Position numbers and translations under genes: made by a program. A DNA stretch of 64,000 nucleotides from Podarcis bocagei (Eukaryota): the NCBI GenBank assembly GCA_964188305.1, contig OZ076897.1; one strand, 5' to 3'. Position 1 is the first letter of the stretch. Every line of letters begins with the position of its first letter. Of the stretch, positions 50,049-61,773 are shown one piece after another. Under the pieces are notes generated by a model that saw only the letters and a program-made list of their open reading frames with translations, was not told where the DNA came from and made no database searches.

Positions 50049-50301
50049 AATATTGGCAGTGTGGTGGCTGCATTTTCCAATCTTCTGCATGTCAGAATTC
50101 CAAACAGTTATGAAGTGAGCAGTGCACCAGATGTTCCATCCTCTCTGGGAATCATGAACTCTCACAGAGCAAATGTAGCCTTTGAGTACAGGCAGCACTT
50201 GTTACTTCACGGTCCTCAGGCAGGCACTGTAGGGCCTCCTGGACTAACAGGGCCTTACGGACTCAAACAACATAATATGCCATTTCCCCCAAGTGGTAAC
50301 G
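50049..50301 (+). CDS. KMT2C: KMT2C exon (~ex49): NIGSVVAAFSNLLHVRIP...PSGN
   Basis: ctag|AAT...G|gtgagt; 253 nt. Confidence 0.94.
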
Positions 50302-50758
50302 GTGAGTAAGGATATATCTTTTTTTGGTTTTGTTAATTGTAGGGGTTTTTTTTTTAGAAAAGGTGGCAATGAGTTTAATCCATGGTGAGAAAATGACACT
50401 GTGCTTCATTTTTCTGTCTCCTCAGTAATACGAATTGTGTTCTGGTGAGAGTGGCTAGGCAAAACCCATACTTGTGGAAGATTATTCAGGGGCAGATATT
50501 TTGTCACATTAAACTGCAGTGTAAAAATATGTAAACAGAAGCACTGTAAAAAGAATAGGGTGGTATGAAGGGAAAGGGCAAAGTAGGTCCACAGTGGTGG
50601 AAGGTGTGTTGCTGTGCAACAGTTGTAGGGAAATTGTGCTTTAAAAATGAAAGCAATCATTTGGGGGAACATGCACGTCCATGTAAATACTTACACTGAA
50701 GTAATGCATATGCTCTATTCAAAATGGCACTTTGTAACTTGTTGGTGTTCTTGTTAAG

Positions 50759-50898
50759 TCTTGGCAGGCTATAAGGCACACAGTCCACATGTTGCAGATG
50801 GTTCAGGGTTGAGGTCACAGTGGTGCTCTCATTGTAAAGTCGTAGTTCTGGGCAGTGGAGTACGGAAATCCTTCAGTGATCTACCTTTCCTGAAACAG
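50759..50898 (+). CDS. KMT2C: KMT2C exon (~ex50): VLAGYK...QWCSHCKVVVLGSGVRK...LKQ
   Basis: ttaag|TC...CAG|gtacta; 140 nt; in-frame alternative acceptor gives start 50768. Confidence 0.88.
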
Positions 50899-51526
50899 GT
50901 ACTACTGTGATACCCGTTTGTCTATTATTGTTTTTTGCTTTATAAGGTTTAACTACAAAAAGAGGAGGTCAGGTTGATTCCTACAGTTCATATACCTCAC
51001 ATTGTACAACTATTTAATTATTACTGTTCTGCATTTTGGAGGTTGGTAGAATTCAATAGAGATTTCTCTTTCATTAACAAGTGGTCTCTGGCAAGTTAGA
51101 AATAACTCAAAAAGCTATTGCAGAGTAATAAAGTTTTATCAGTTGCAGAAGAGAGTTCATAATTTTAAAAAATCTTGCTCTCATTTTATTTCTGCTGTTT
51201 CAACAGTTCTATAAAAATAAAGATCCCTAGGGATTCTCTAGCCTGTGAATAAATACCAGAGTGCTTCAAAGTGGAAATTTCAGAAGTCTCCATGCCTCCA
51301 TACTAGCACCACCAGCCAATTTATCTTTCCTTGAAATTGTTTTCACTACCAAGTAGTTTCGTACAATCAAAATCATATGTAAAATAATGGTAGTTTTAGT
51401 ATGCAACTACAAGCCAACACGCCGGCATTTCTTGCTACAAATAGTTCATAGTGAAAGGGCTGTGTGTCTTAAATTAACATTCTGAGGTGCAGTGTGAACT
51501 ATTTTTTACATCAAGAAACAAATGTA

Positions 51527-52453
51527 CCATATTTTTCTGTGTGTAAGACGATGTTTTTACCTGATTCCCCCCCCCCAGTCAAAATTTGGGGGATGTCTTA
51601 TAAACGGAATGTGAATTGGGGCAGCTTTGCTGCTGTCAAGTGACATGGCAGAAAAAGAAAGGCGCTTTGCTCATGCTCAAAGTCACTCTTTCCCCCTCTG
51701 GCAGGAGTGAGCCTGATGCATGGAGCCTAAGCTTCATGAGGCATCCTGTAGAAGCTCCTCTAGTGCAATGCTGAAGAGGACGCCTCGTCACCCTGCGCGG
51801 AAGGCTCTGCTCTGCTGCCCCTCCCACCTTCCAAAACTTTCGCCCAACCTTTTCTGCCAAAGTTCCAAAGTTTGGTGATGTCAGCGGTACGCTGAAGGTG
51901 TTATTTGGGAGGGGAGCAGGCGGCTCCTCCAGTTCTGGCACCCGCCTGCTTCACCTTGCCTAGTCCACAGAGAGGTGATCGGCACACGAGAGCCCCTGGA
52001 TCCACTCCCAGCTCCAGCGGCTCTGATCCTGGAACCTGGGCATTGCTGCTGCTGCTGCCATGGTCTCTAGGCAGAGCAGGATTGGGCAGGTTGTGGCTTA
52101 GGTTGCGAAGAGCTTGACCGCAACAGACTGGCCCCCTCTCTTCTACGCGCCAGCTCATTTTGATCCTGCAGAGTTTTTGCCTTTGCTTGAAGGTGATCTC
52201 CTCGCAAAAGCTCCCCCTGTCACTCTAACTGAAAGAAAGTATCTAAAGAAGTGTGCATGCACATGAAAGCTTATACCCAGAACAAACGTAGTTGGTCTCT
52301 ATGGTGCTACTGGACAATTTCCTTATTATTTTATTTTATTTTGAAAGAAAGTTGTTTTGTTTGATGTTTCAAATACTGATTTTTTAAATTTTGGGTTAAA
52401 AAAATAGGGGTTGTCTTATTCATGGGGGGTGTCTTATACACAGAAAAATACAG
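51527..52453. mobile_element. Non-autonomous Tc1/mariner (Tc2-like) element with GC-rich internal cargo
   Basis: TA|CCATATTTTTCTGTGTGTAAGAC...GTCTTATACACAGAAAAATACAG|TA. Confidence 0.8.
52241..52341 (+). mobile_element. Penelope-like pLTR fragment of the same family, nested in the Tc2-like element
   Basis: homologous to the 49671-49764 arm; TSD TGAAAGAAAGT (52230-52240, 52342-52352). Confidence 0.75.
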
Positions 52454-52640
52454 TATTTCATCAACTCACATTTATGTAATTAGCAAAGTCTTGAGTTATA
52501 AACACATTGACATTACTAGCAACATAAGGGAATGCTTTTCCTAGTTCATTCTGAATAAGATTTGTTCTCTAAGATTTTGTATTAACATAAGAAAAGGTTT
52601 CTACAAGTAATGGGCAGCTTGGTTTTTCTAATTTACTATA

Positions 52641-52936
52641 AGTGGTGCCTTGCAAGACAAAATTAATCTGTTCCGCGAGTCTCTTCGTCTTGCGGTTTTT
52701 TCGTCTTGCGAAGCACGGCTATTAGCGGCTTAGCGGCTATTAACGGCTTAGCGGCTATTAACGGCTTAGCGGCTTTAAGGAAAAGGAAACAAACTCGCAA
52801 GAACTCGCAAGACGTTTCGTCTTGCGAAGCAAGCCCATAGGGAAATTCGTCTTGCGGAATGACTCAAAAAACGGAAAACTGTTTCGTCTTGCGAGGCATT
52901 CGTCTTGCGAGGCATTCGTCTTGCGAGGTACCACTG
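52641..52936. mobile_element. Tc1/mariner MITE, family A copy 2 (opposite orientation)
   Basis: same TIR with terminal C lost on the left; TA flanks; TAGCGGCT repeats. Confidence 0.85.
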
Positions 52937-52998
52937 TATGTATTAAAAATGAAATTCCCTGAAGTTCATGTTTACGCTCTTTGGCTTATTATTTCCAG

Positions 52999-53106
52999 GA
53001 TTCTAGAGAGAAGTCTGAAAGAATGGAGAAAGACATTGTCTTCTGTAGCAACAACTGCTTTGTTCTTTATTCAGCATCCATGCAAGCAAAAAGCTCAGAA
53101 AGCAAG
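52999..53106 (+). CDS. KMT2C: KMT2C exon (~ex51): DSREKSERMEKDIVFCSNNCF...ESK
   Basis: ccag|GAT...AAG|gtaatt; 108 nt. Confidence 0.94.
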
Positions 53107-53934
53107 GTAATTCCCTGTGCTGCTGCATTAATAAAATACACAATAAATATTAATTGAAATATATATAGTGATTCAGTTTCTTTCAAAATTCTGAAGCTAG
53201 ATGAAATACTGTATTCTGATTTTTAAAAAAAAATGTTTGCAAGATCCATCTCTAGTGTAAACGAAGAGTAGCTTTCATCTCAGTTAACTGCAGAAGATTA
53301 AATCAGTACCTGTCCCAAAAATTTCAGTTTTGTTGCAATAGAGGGTACAATCTATTAAGCATGCAGCAGATATTCCCAGTGCATTCTAGCCATCATTCAG
53401 TGACATACATATGCATGATACATCCCATGATACATTCAGAATATTTGGTGCCATCAGAATCTTATCTTGGGTGGTGTTTTATGATACCATTTTCAGGTTG
53501 TCTCCCTGGAGTATCAATAACTCACTAACTTTGATTCAGGTATCCTAGGTAACTTTGTTCTGTTAAAACTTTCTGCTTAAAATTGCAATCTGACGTGCCT
53601 GCCCATGAATAAATTTGCTTGTAAGTGGAGAAGTATATCATTGCAAACATCAAGCCGGCATACTTACCTGCAAGTAAATCAGCCTTAAGTTTCTAAATTC
53701 CTAGCACATGTCTTCTCAGCATTTACTGTTATTATTAGTGTTACTGGTCTACCACACTGCCTGGGAAGACACAGTACCAGGAAGATAATAAGGTTTCCTC
53801 TGCAAGTAAAATAGGATGTTGCTGGTTCATGCATTCATAACTACCATAATACATCATAGGCATCTGACTTTGAAATAATATTGACCAAACATGTTTTCCT
53901 TGATTCCATATTTAATTGCTTTATTATTTCTCAG

Positions 53935-55054
53935 GAATCAATTCCTACCTTGCCACAGTTTCCATTGAAGGAGGCAGCCCCGAAAGTGTTCCATCAGTAT
54001 AACAACAACATCTCTACGTTAGATGTGCACTGCCTCCCTCAGCTACAGGAAAAGATTTCTCCGCCTTCCTCGCCCCTTATCACCTTCCCTCCTGCTTTTG
54101 AAGCAGCCAGAGTCGAGCCAAAACCAGATGAGCTTAAGGTAACAGTGAAGCTAAAACCCCGCCTGAGAACTATACCGAATGGTCTGGATGACTGTCGACC
54201 AGTAAGTAAGAAATGGAAAGGAATGAAGTGGAAAAAGTGGAACATACAGATTGTGATTCCTAAAGGAACATTCAAACCGCCTTGTGATGAGGAGATAGAT
54301 GAGTTCCTCAAAAAGCTGGGCACAACCATTAAACCTGATCCAGTGCCGAAGGACTACCGAAAGTGTTGTTTCTGTCATGAGGAGGGTGATGGGCTAACAG
54401 ATGGACCAGCAAGACTTCTAAACCTTGACTTAGATGTTTGGGTCCACTTGAACTGTGCTCTTTGGTCTACTGAGGTCTATGAGACACAAGCTGGTGCCTT
54501 AATCAATGTGGAGCTCGCCCTGCGAAGGGGCTTGCAGATGAAATGCATGTTCTGTCACAAAATGGGCGCCACCAGCGGCTGTCACAGGTTAAGGTGCACC
54601 AATATTTATCACTTTACCTGCGCCATTAAAGCACAATGCATGTTTTTTAAAGACAAAACTATGCTTTGCCCTATGCACAAACCAAAGGGCGCTCACGAGC
54701 AAGAACTCAGCTATTTTGCAGTCTTCAGGCGGGTATACGTCCAGCGGGATGAAGTCCGACAAATTGCCAGCATAGTCCAACGGGGGGATCGCGAGCACAC
54801 CTTCCGGGTGGGGAGCCTCATCTTCCACACGATTGGCCAGCTGCTGCCACACCAGATGCAGGCCTTCCATTCTTCAAAGGTGCTCTACCCTGTGGGTTAC
54901 GAGGCCAGCCGGTTGTATTGGAGCACACGCTATGCCAACCGCAGGTGTCGCTACCTGTGTTCCATTGAAGAGAAGGATGGTCTTCCCCTCTTTGTGATCA
55001 GGATCATTGAGCAAGGCCATGAAGACCTGGTTCTTACTGACTCAACCCCTAAAG
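53935..55054 (+). CDS. KMT2C: KMT2C exon (~ex52): extended PHD7 plus FYRN
   Basis: ctcag|GAA...G|gtaata; 1120 nt; ORF 53881..55095. Confidence 0.97.
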
Positions 55055-55515
55055 GTAATACGGAATCTTGTGAAAATCTTTGGCCTAACTGCTAGATGTG
55101 CATTTCATTGTTTATGTTCATTTGCTATTTCTAACTGGTTACTGGAAGCCATTAGGCCTATTGCATGTAAGTCCACTTCACACGAGCTAACTTGTCAATG
55201 CACAAATGACTTCTTTGTAGCAAATGGTGAGTACCCATGTCAGTATTGTATGTGATGATCTCCATGCTATTTTGCCATGTGTGCGTGCTGTGTTCATCAT
55301 ATAGGACAGTCAATACACAGTGTATACATGGTTTTCCATGCAGAAGTGATATTGATGTAAAGAATTCATCTTGGGAGCAAGATGTATTCTTAGTATTTTA
55401 GAGCAATCCTAGTGTTACATCCAAAGTAGATATGACTTTAAACAACTTTATTGTGGTGATTTGTTTTTTCTCTTGCATTTATTTTGTGATTCACTGTAAT
55501 TTTTATCCTATGCAG

Positions 55516-55652
55516 GTGTTTGGGATAAAATCCTAGAGCCTGTTGCTTCAGTAAGGAGGAGTTCTGAAATGCTGCAGCTATTCCCTGCATATCTAAAGGG
55601 TGAAGACCTTTTTGGTTTGACTGTCTCTGCAGTGGCTAGGATTGCTGAATCG
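55516..55652 (+). CDS. KMT2C: KMT2C exon (~ex53), FYRC: GVWDKILEP...RIAES
   Basis: gcag|GT...TCG|gtaaga; 137 nt. Confidence 0.95.
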
Positions 55653-56307
55653 GTAAGAGGTCATGTGGCTGTACTAGGCCAGTTCTGGGCTTGTTACCCT
55701 TTAGTAGTAAATCATTGTCTGTCTTAGACACAACAGTTTTTTATGCAATGCATGTAACATGTGTCCAGGCTCTTACCTATTGAAAACTTGTCATAGAGTC
55801 TGAAGGAAGAAATGGTTCTGGTATATAATTCTGTGCCATAACTAGCATAAAAATTTAGTCAGTGAAAAGCCCTGAAGCAGGCCTTTTGGCCAGGGTTATA
55901 GGCTCACTTTCAGAGGTTTAGAAACAGGAAACAATGGTTTAGTGTGGGGTTGCCTGCCTGCCTGCCCACCCCACCTCTTTCTCTTTTCAACACTTATGGC
56001 AGCAGGTTTTACAGGTAGAAGTATGCATTAGTAGATACTATGTGAGTGGGCAAAGCACCAAAGGACCTATTGAGCATTGCAGACTAGGATAGAAAAGGCA
56101 GGGTTGGGTTTGTACAATCGGTTTGAGGATCTGTGCTCTTAAAGAAAAGCAAGAAGGAAAAAGAAGGCAGTTTTGTAAAGCACTTCACTGAGTGCTATCT
56201 CTCTTTGTGTGTGCTATTCTAATTCCTAAACCTATTCCTGAATCAGAGAACATTTATTTGGCTATTCTGCAACTGCATTGACATGTGACTCCTTGGTGTG
56301 TTTACAG

Positions 56308-56450
56308 CTTCCTGGGGTTGAGGCTTGTGAACATTACACCTTCCGGTATGGCCGAAACCCCCTCATGGAACTTCCTCTTGCCATCAACCCCACAGGCTGC
56401 GCCCGCTCTGAGCCAAAAATGAGCAGCCATGTCAAGAGGTTTGTGTTAAG
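56308..56450 (+). CDS. KMT2C: KMT2C exon (~ex54): LPGVEAC...GCARSE (Win motif 56395-56412)...KRFVLR
   Basis: tacag|CTT...AG|gtattt; 143 nt; alternative donor after 56438. Confidence 0.93.
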
Positions 56451-56729
56451 GTATTTTCTTTTAAATTCACATAGTACAGCCCAGGGTTTATAGGCTGCGT
56501 AGGATACCTGTGCTTCTGTGTGCTGCTTACAAACCCTGTTGTTGTTGGCTGTGTATGTGCATGTCTGAGCCAGGGGAGCTGCTTTGTTGTCTCTGCTAGC
56601 TGGCTTTGAATGTCTGTCTGTCTTTTGAGTTTGTTTTTTAAAAAACAACAACCTCTAAATGTCATAAAATTCAGAGAGATCTTCAGTTTTCCTTCTTTGT
56701 CTCTTCTGTTATATGACCCACTACTGCAG

Positions 56730-56898
56730 GCCTCATACCTTAAATAGCACCAGCACTTCAAAGTCATTTCAGAGCACAGTTACAGGAGAACTGAATGCAC
56801 CTTACAGTAAACAGTTTGTTCATTCAAAGTCCTCTCAGTACCGAAAAATGAAGACCGAATGGAAATCCAACGTCTATTTGGCACGCTCACGTATTCAG
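56730..56898 (+). CDS. KMT2C: KMT2C exon (~ex55): PHTLNSTS...VYLARSRIQ (SET start)
   Basis: gcag|G...CAG|gtcagt; 169 nt. Confidence 0.95.
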
Positions 56899-57688
56899 GT
56901 CAGTTGCAACAACTTTGCTGTGCAATGCATTCATTCTTTTAAAATTTTGCCACTGTCTCTTCCAATCAACCATGAAAACAATATGAAGCCATGGTCCAGC
57001 TCAGATTAAAATCAGGCTCAATGTAAGTTGTATAGCATACTTTGGTGTTCTGTACTGGGCTAGGGGGAAATTCTCTGTGGGAGGAGGAGCTAGTAATAGC
57101 TTCATTGTCATGAACTGATCATTACTTGATTAAATTTGACCTTCAGGCTTCTTGTAACCTTCACAGTGGTGGAGGGTCAACACTAATGGTCTGCTTCCAG
57201 AAGATGATGAATCCAGGCGGTTTTCTAATATCTTCGGGGAAAATGTGTGCTGCTTGGAATATAGTTTCTCCAAGTCAGCCATCTTGGTCTCAAGGGAACA
57301 AACATCTGTTCAATATGCAGATAAGCTGTACATGTGACAGTCTATAAAATATACTATCACCACCACTACTGGCCTTCTATCTGCATATTTGCTGTTGATA
57401 TGTTAGTTAATTTGGGAGTTTGGGGTTTGTTAGGTCACAAAGGGGGTAGACAGAGTAGTCTGCCTTGCTCATCTCGGCCTGCTGCTAAACTTGCTTGGCC
57501 GGTAGATGATTGGCTCCACAAGAGAGGAGCCCCAATTATGTAGACAGAGTGGACCTGACTTTTGTTATTCATGAACCAGTGACATCCCAACTTTGCTATT
57601 GCATATAGGGCTGCCTTTTAAGATTGCTAGAACATTTCCATTAGTGGAAAATATCTATCAATGTGGGCCAGATGGCTGGTAAAATATA

Positions 57689-57947
57689 CTGTATTTTTTG
57701 CTCTATAAGACTCACTTTTTCCCTCCTAAAAAGTAAGGGGAAATGCATGTGCATCTTATGGAGTGAATGCAGGCCGCGCAGCTATCCCAGAAGCCACAAC
57801 AGCAAGAGGGATTGCTGCTTTCACTGCGCAGCTATCCCTCTTGCTGTTCTGGCTTCTGAGATTCAGAATATTTTTTTTCTTGTTTTCCTCCTCCAAAAAC
57901 TAGGTGCGCCTTGTGGTCTGGTGCGTCTTATAGAGCGAAAAATATGG
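57689..57947. mobile_element. Tc2-like mariner MITE with internal hairpin
   Basis: TA|CTGTATTTTTTGCTCTATAAGAC...GTCTTATAGAGCGAAAAATATGG|TA. Confidence 0.82.
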
Positions 57948-57971
57948 TATAACATCAATCAATTTCATATA

Positions 57972-58325
57972 CAGTGGTACCTCGCAAGACGAATGCCTCG
58001 CAAGACAAAAAACTCGCTAGAAGAAAGGGTTTTTTGTTTTTTGAGCTGCTTCGCAAGACGATTTTCCCTATGGGCTTGCTTCAAAAGACAGAAACGTCTT
58101 TCAAGTTTGTTTCCTTTTTCTTAACACCGTTAATACAGTTGCGACTTGACTTCGAGGAGCAACTCATAGAACGCGGTGTGGTAGCCTTTTTTGAGGTCTT
58201 TAAAGACTTTGGTGATTTTTGAAGCTTTTCCAAAACTTTCCCGACACCGTGCTTCGCAAGACGAAAAAATTGCAAGACGACAAAACTCACAGAACGAATT
58301 AATTTCATCTTGCGAGGCACCACTG
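57972..58325. mobile_element. Tc1/mariner MITE, family A copy 3
   Basis: TA|CAGTGGTACCTCGCAAGA...TCTTGCGAGGCACCACTG|TA. Confidence 0.88.
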
Positions 58326-59059
58326 TACTGGTGTTGATCTTTAAAGGAGAAAGGAGCCCTTCATACTTGCCTGGGCCCAGAGATCAACTGTGGAGACCCT
58401 GCTGTAAGGCCTGCCTGTAAGATCAATCAGATTGGTGGGCATAAAGAATAGTGCCTTTATGGTGCTAGCCCTGCACTCATGGAACTTCATCTCAATGGCT
58501 CCTTCCCAACTGCAGGCCTTCAAAAGGGCTTTATAAGCCTATTATTTTCAAGCCACTTACTCTTAAAGATGTTATGATCTCACTGATTTGAAATTGTTTA
58601 AATGTTTTAGCTGATATTAATCATATGATGCTTGCCTGTTGCTGGACAAGCAGCTGTTTTTCGGGGCTGTTTCATATATGTGATGTATTTGTGATCCTGT
58701 ATTTTATTAATATGTTGTATTGTGGCTTATGTAAGCCACTTGTGAGGTTTCTTGCCTAAAAGACTACATGCAATTTACATTATGAATAGCACTTGTGTAC
58801 TGGTGGGCTATGTTAGTGTTATTTTTCCCCTTGCTGATTTGAGCTGCACTCTAAACACCCTTAAACGGGAGTAAACTCCATTGAACATAGAGGGACATAT
58901 TTCTGAGTAAACATGTGTAGGATTGACTGCAAGTTTGCTAAAAAGCATCAGTTCTGTCGTGTAAGTTCTTGTACCCTAATGCTAAACCACACCAACATAG
59001 TGTTCAGGTTGTGCACTCTGGTACTGAGATATTCCTAAAGCATCTACTATTCTTTGTAG

Positions 59060-59176
59060 GGCCTGGGCTTATATGCTGCTAGAGACATTGAAAAGCACAC
59101 CATGGTCATTGAATATATTGGAACCATCATCCGCAATGAGGTAGCCAACAGGAAAGAGAAGCTTTATGAATCTCAG
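59060..59176 (+). CDS. KMT2C: KMT2C exon (~ex56), SET: GLGLYAARD...LYESQ
   Basis: gtag|GGC...CAG|gtatta; 117 nt. Confidence 0.96.
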
Positions 59177-59588
59177 GTATTACATAAGGCAACTTAACCT
59201 GTTTCAAGAACTCATGTAAGATAATCAAAAATGTGTGAGCTCTTCTCCAGAGCAAACAGCTATAGCTTTGTGAATGCTGACATGTATTACAGCTTGGATG
59301 TGAAGCACTCAGAACTGTGTCTTCCAATAGCAGGAGCACCTGGAGTTTCTGGAGAATTTCAAAAAATGGCTCAAAGTATTAACAGATGTTCATTGTGCTT
59401 CATAAACATTGTGTGTGAAAAATGTGTGTTCGTGTCCATATGAACTGAGATCTGGGCCCATATATGTAGAGAGATCTGTGCAACACAGAGACTACGTACA
59501 CACCAATCATTCAGAGCAACATCCATGTCCCCACTACCATCCTGTGACTATAGGTACGGATTGTGCGAGACTGTGAATTCATTTAGAA

Positions 59589-59770
59589 CAGGAATGTCCA
59601 ATAGGTCAATCTACCGGTCTATCACTGGGCATCCCTGGTCGATCTTCTCCCCCAACAACTTTTGCTCTCCAAAAACAGCTCATCTACTTTGGTCAATCCA
59701 ATGGGTAAATCACTGCCTGTTTTTTAATAGTGGGAGTAGATCACAGTCTCTTGGAAGTTGGACATGCCTG
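59589..59770. mobile_element. hAT MITE related to 18056-18233
   Basis: shared GAGTAGATCACAGTCTCTTGG-AGTTGGAC end; TSD ATTTAGAA/ATTTAGAG. Confidence 0.8.
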
Positions 59771-60056
59771 ATTTAGAGGGACTGAGACTATTAAGTTTGT
59801 GGCCGTGTCTGAGCCTGTCTCTAAAGGATCTTCTAGGTTGCCTTTTCTTTTCAATACATCTAGTCACAAAATACTAGTAAGCATGCTCTGCTTTGTGTTG
59901 GGTATAAATATACCCCAGTCTCCCATAGTATGCTAATGGGTTGTCTCATTATGAATCTGAAAAACACTTTGAACTGTGTGTCACTCCTTTTGTTTGAATG
60001 ATTGACTCTTCTTGTACAGATCTGACAGCATTTTCTCTCTGCTTCCCTCCTCACAG

Positions 60057-60130
60057 AATCGCGGAGTGTACATGTTCCGCATTGACAATGACCATGTCAT
60101 TGATGCCACATTGACAGGAGGTCCTGCAAG
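60057..60130 (+). CDS. KMT2C: KMT2C exon (~ex57), SET: NRGVYMFRID...GGPAR
   Basis: acag|AAT...AG|gtgggt; 74 nt. Confidence 0.96.
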
Positions 60131-60495
60131 GTGGGTGGCTCTTGAGAGGAATGGTGATCTCATTTTTGGATGCCATCCATGTTCTCTTTGCCGGCTCTTT
60201 CCTGAGGAGTTCTCCTGGAAGTGTTCTTCCGCAATTGCCTTTATTCTCTAAGTTGGCGCATTCAACTGTCATACTCCCAGTAAACTCTAAAGCTGCCTTA
60301 TTAATTTACTGTAGCCTTGATTTGTGCTCTCAAAGCAGATGTCCAGCAATAGAGTACTTTTTGAACTTTTGTTTTTTTCCTGGGCAAAGGTCAGAGGTTG
60401 TATATATATTTTACAGTACAATCAGTTTGCTTCATCAACACTTTAAAACATGTGCCTGGATTTCTCCTGTTTTCCCCAACCCCCACCCCTTGTAG

Positions 60496-60604
60496 GTATA
60501 TTAACCATTCCTGTGCACCAAACTGTGTGGCTGAGGTGGTAACCTTTGAAAGGGGACATAAGATCATCATTAGCTCTAGCAGGAGAATCCAGAAGGGAGA
60601 AGAG
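60496..60604 (+). CDS. KMT2C: KMT2C exon (~ex58), SET: YINHSCAPNC...QKGEE
   Basis: gtag|G...GAG|gtagga; 109 nt. Confidence 0.96.
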
Positions 60605-61680
60605 GTAGGATTTGCATAGCTTCTAGTAGCTTAAACCTTTATTTGTAGAATATGCTCAATTTCTTCTTTCTAAAATTCCTAGTTACCAAAATGTTTCAGC
60701 ACTTGCTTCTTTTTTAAGTACCATGATTTATTTATTTTCTGTTGACTCGTCAACTGGACAGTCTCACCCCCTTGTATTTTTCCCATGCACTGCTTAGCAT
60801 TTTAGGCAATCTATTAGAAGCCATTCTGAAGAATGCCTTGTTAAAGTTTGTTTATACTGTAAAGCTGTTTAACATTTACCACTTTCCTGTACCCACATAC
60901 ATTGAACTCAACAGGGCTTACTTCTGCAAGTACAAGTGTGCAGTCAATGTAAAACATTGCTTTGTATGCTGAAACGTCACACTAAATAGGATATTTGAAA
61001 ACTACTACTTAAAAAAATATTTCATTCTGGTGTAACTGTTTTGGAGCCCATTCAAATGCACACAGCAGTGTTGTAGAGTTCTCGGGCAGCATGCAGACTG
61101 TTTCATGTGGAGATGTATTTGCTCCCAATGTGGAAAGTTACTTTGATAGCAACAGATAAAGGCTTTTCAGGTGTATGCTTCCAAACACCTGGGGGAACAT
61201 TCTTGACCTCAATCAGCACATTTGATTTTGCACTATATTTTCAGTAGCAAGAACTCTGGCAAATAAAAACAGCCACAATGAGCTGGTTAGACTGGTTACA
61301 GAAATGGGGTATCTCCTAAACCAACCCTTAATCTGCAACACCATTTCAGAATATTAATAATATAAGAAGAATAATTTATTATTTATACCCCACCCATCTA
61401 AAATGGTTGCCCCAGCCATTCTGGGTGGCTACTCAGCCCATTATCACATTACAGATGAATATGGCATTTACCACTCTATTGATTCAACAAGGCTGAGCTT
61501 TAGCACCCTAGGCATAGTTCACCTTGCAAGAAGCTGCTTCTTCCATCCATAATCAATGTTAGCAACTTAAAATCCAACAACATATGATGAAATTGAGAAA
61601 GCGTCCATATATATATATAGGTGAGTAGTTGCTCTTGATTTTGCAAACACCAAACCTAACTGGCAGTCCCTTTCTTTCAG

Positions 61681-61773
61681 CTCTGTTATGACTATAAGTT
61701 TGATTTTGAAGATGACCAGCACAAGATTCCATGTCACTGTGGAGCTGTAAACTGCCGAAAATGGATGAACTAG
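61681..61773 (+). CDS. KMT2C: KMT2C last coding exon, post-SET: [30 protein letters not shown]
   Basis: ttcag|CTC...AAC TAG. Confidence 0.97.
   Translation, partial: LCYDYKFDFEDDQHKIPCHCGAVNCRKWMN

Noticed and set aside
1252-61680. U12-type introns
   Set aside because: No GTATCCTT/ATATCCTT donor at any traced exon end
1132-61773. KMT2D paralogue, or a pseudogene/partial duplicate
   Set aside because: KMT2C-type peptides ([19 protein letters not shown]); all exons keep frame with GT-AG ends
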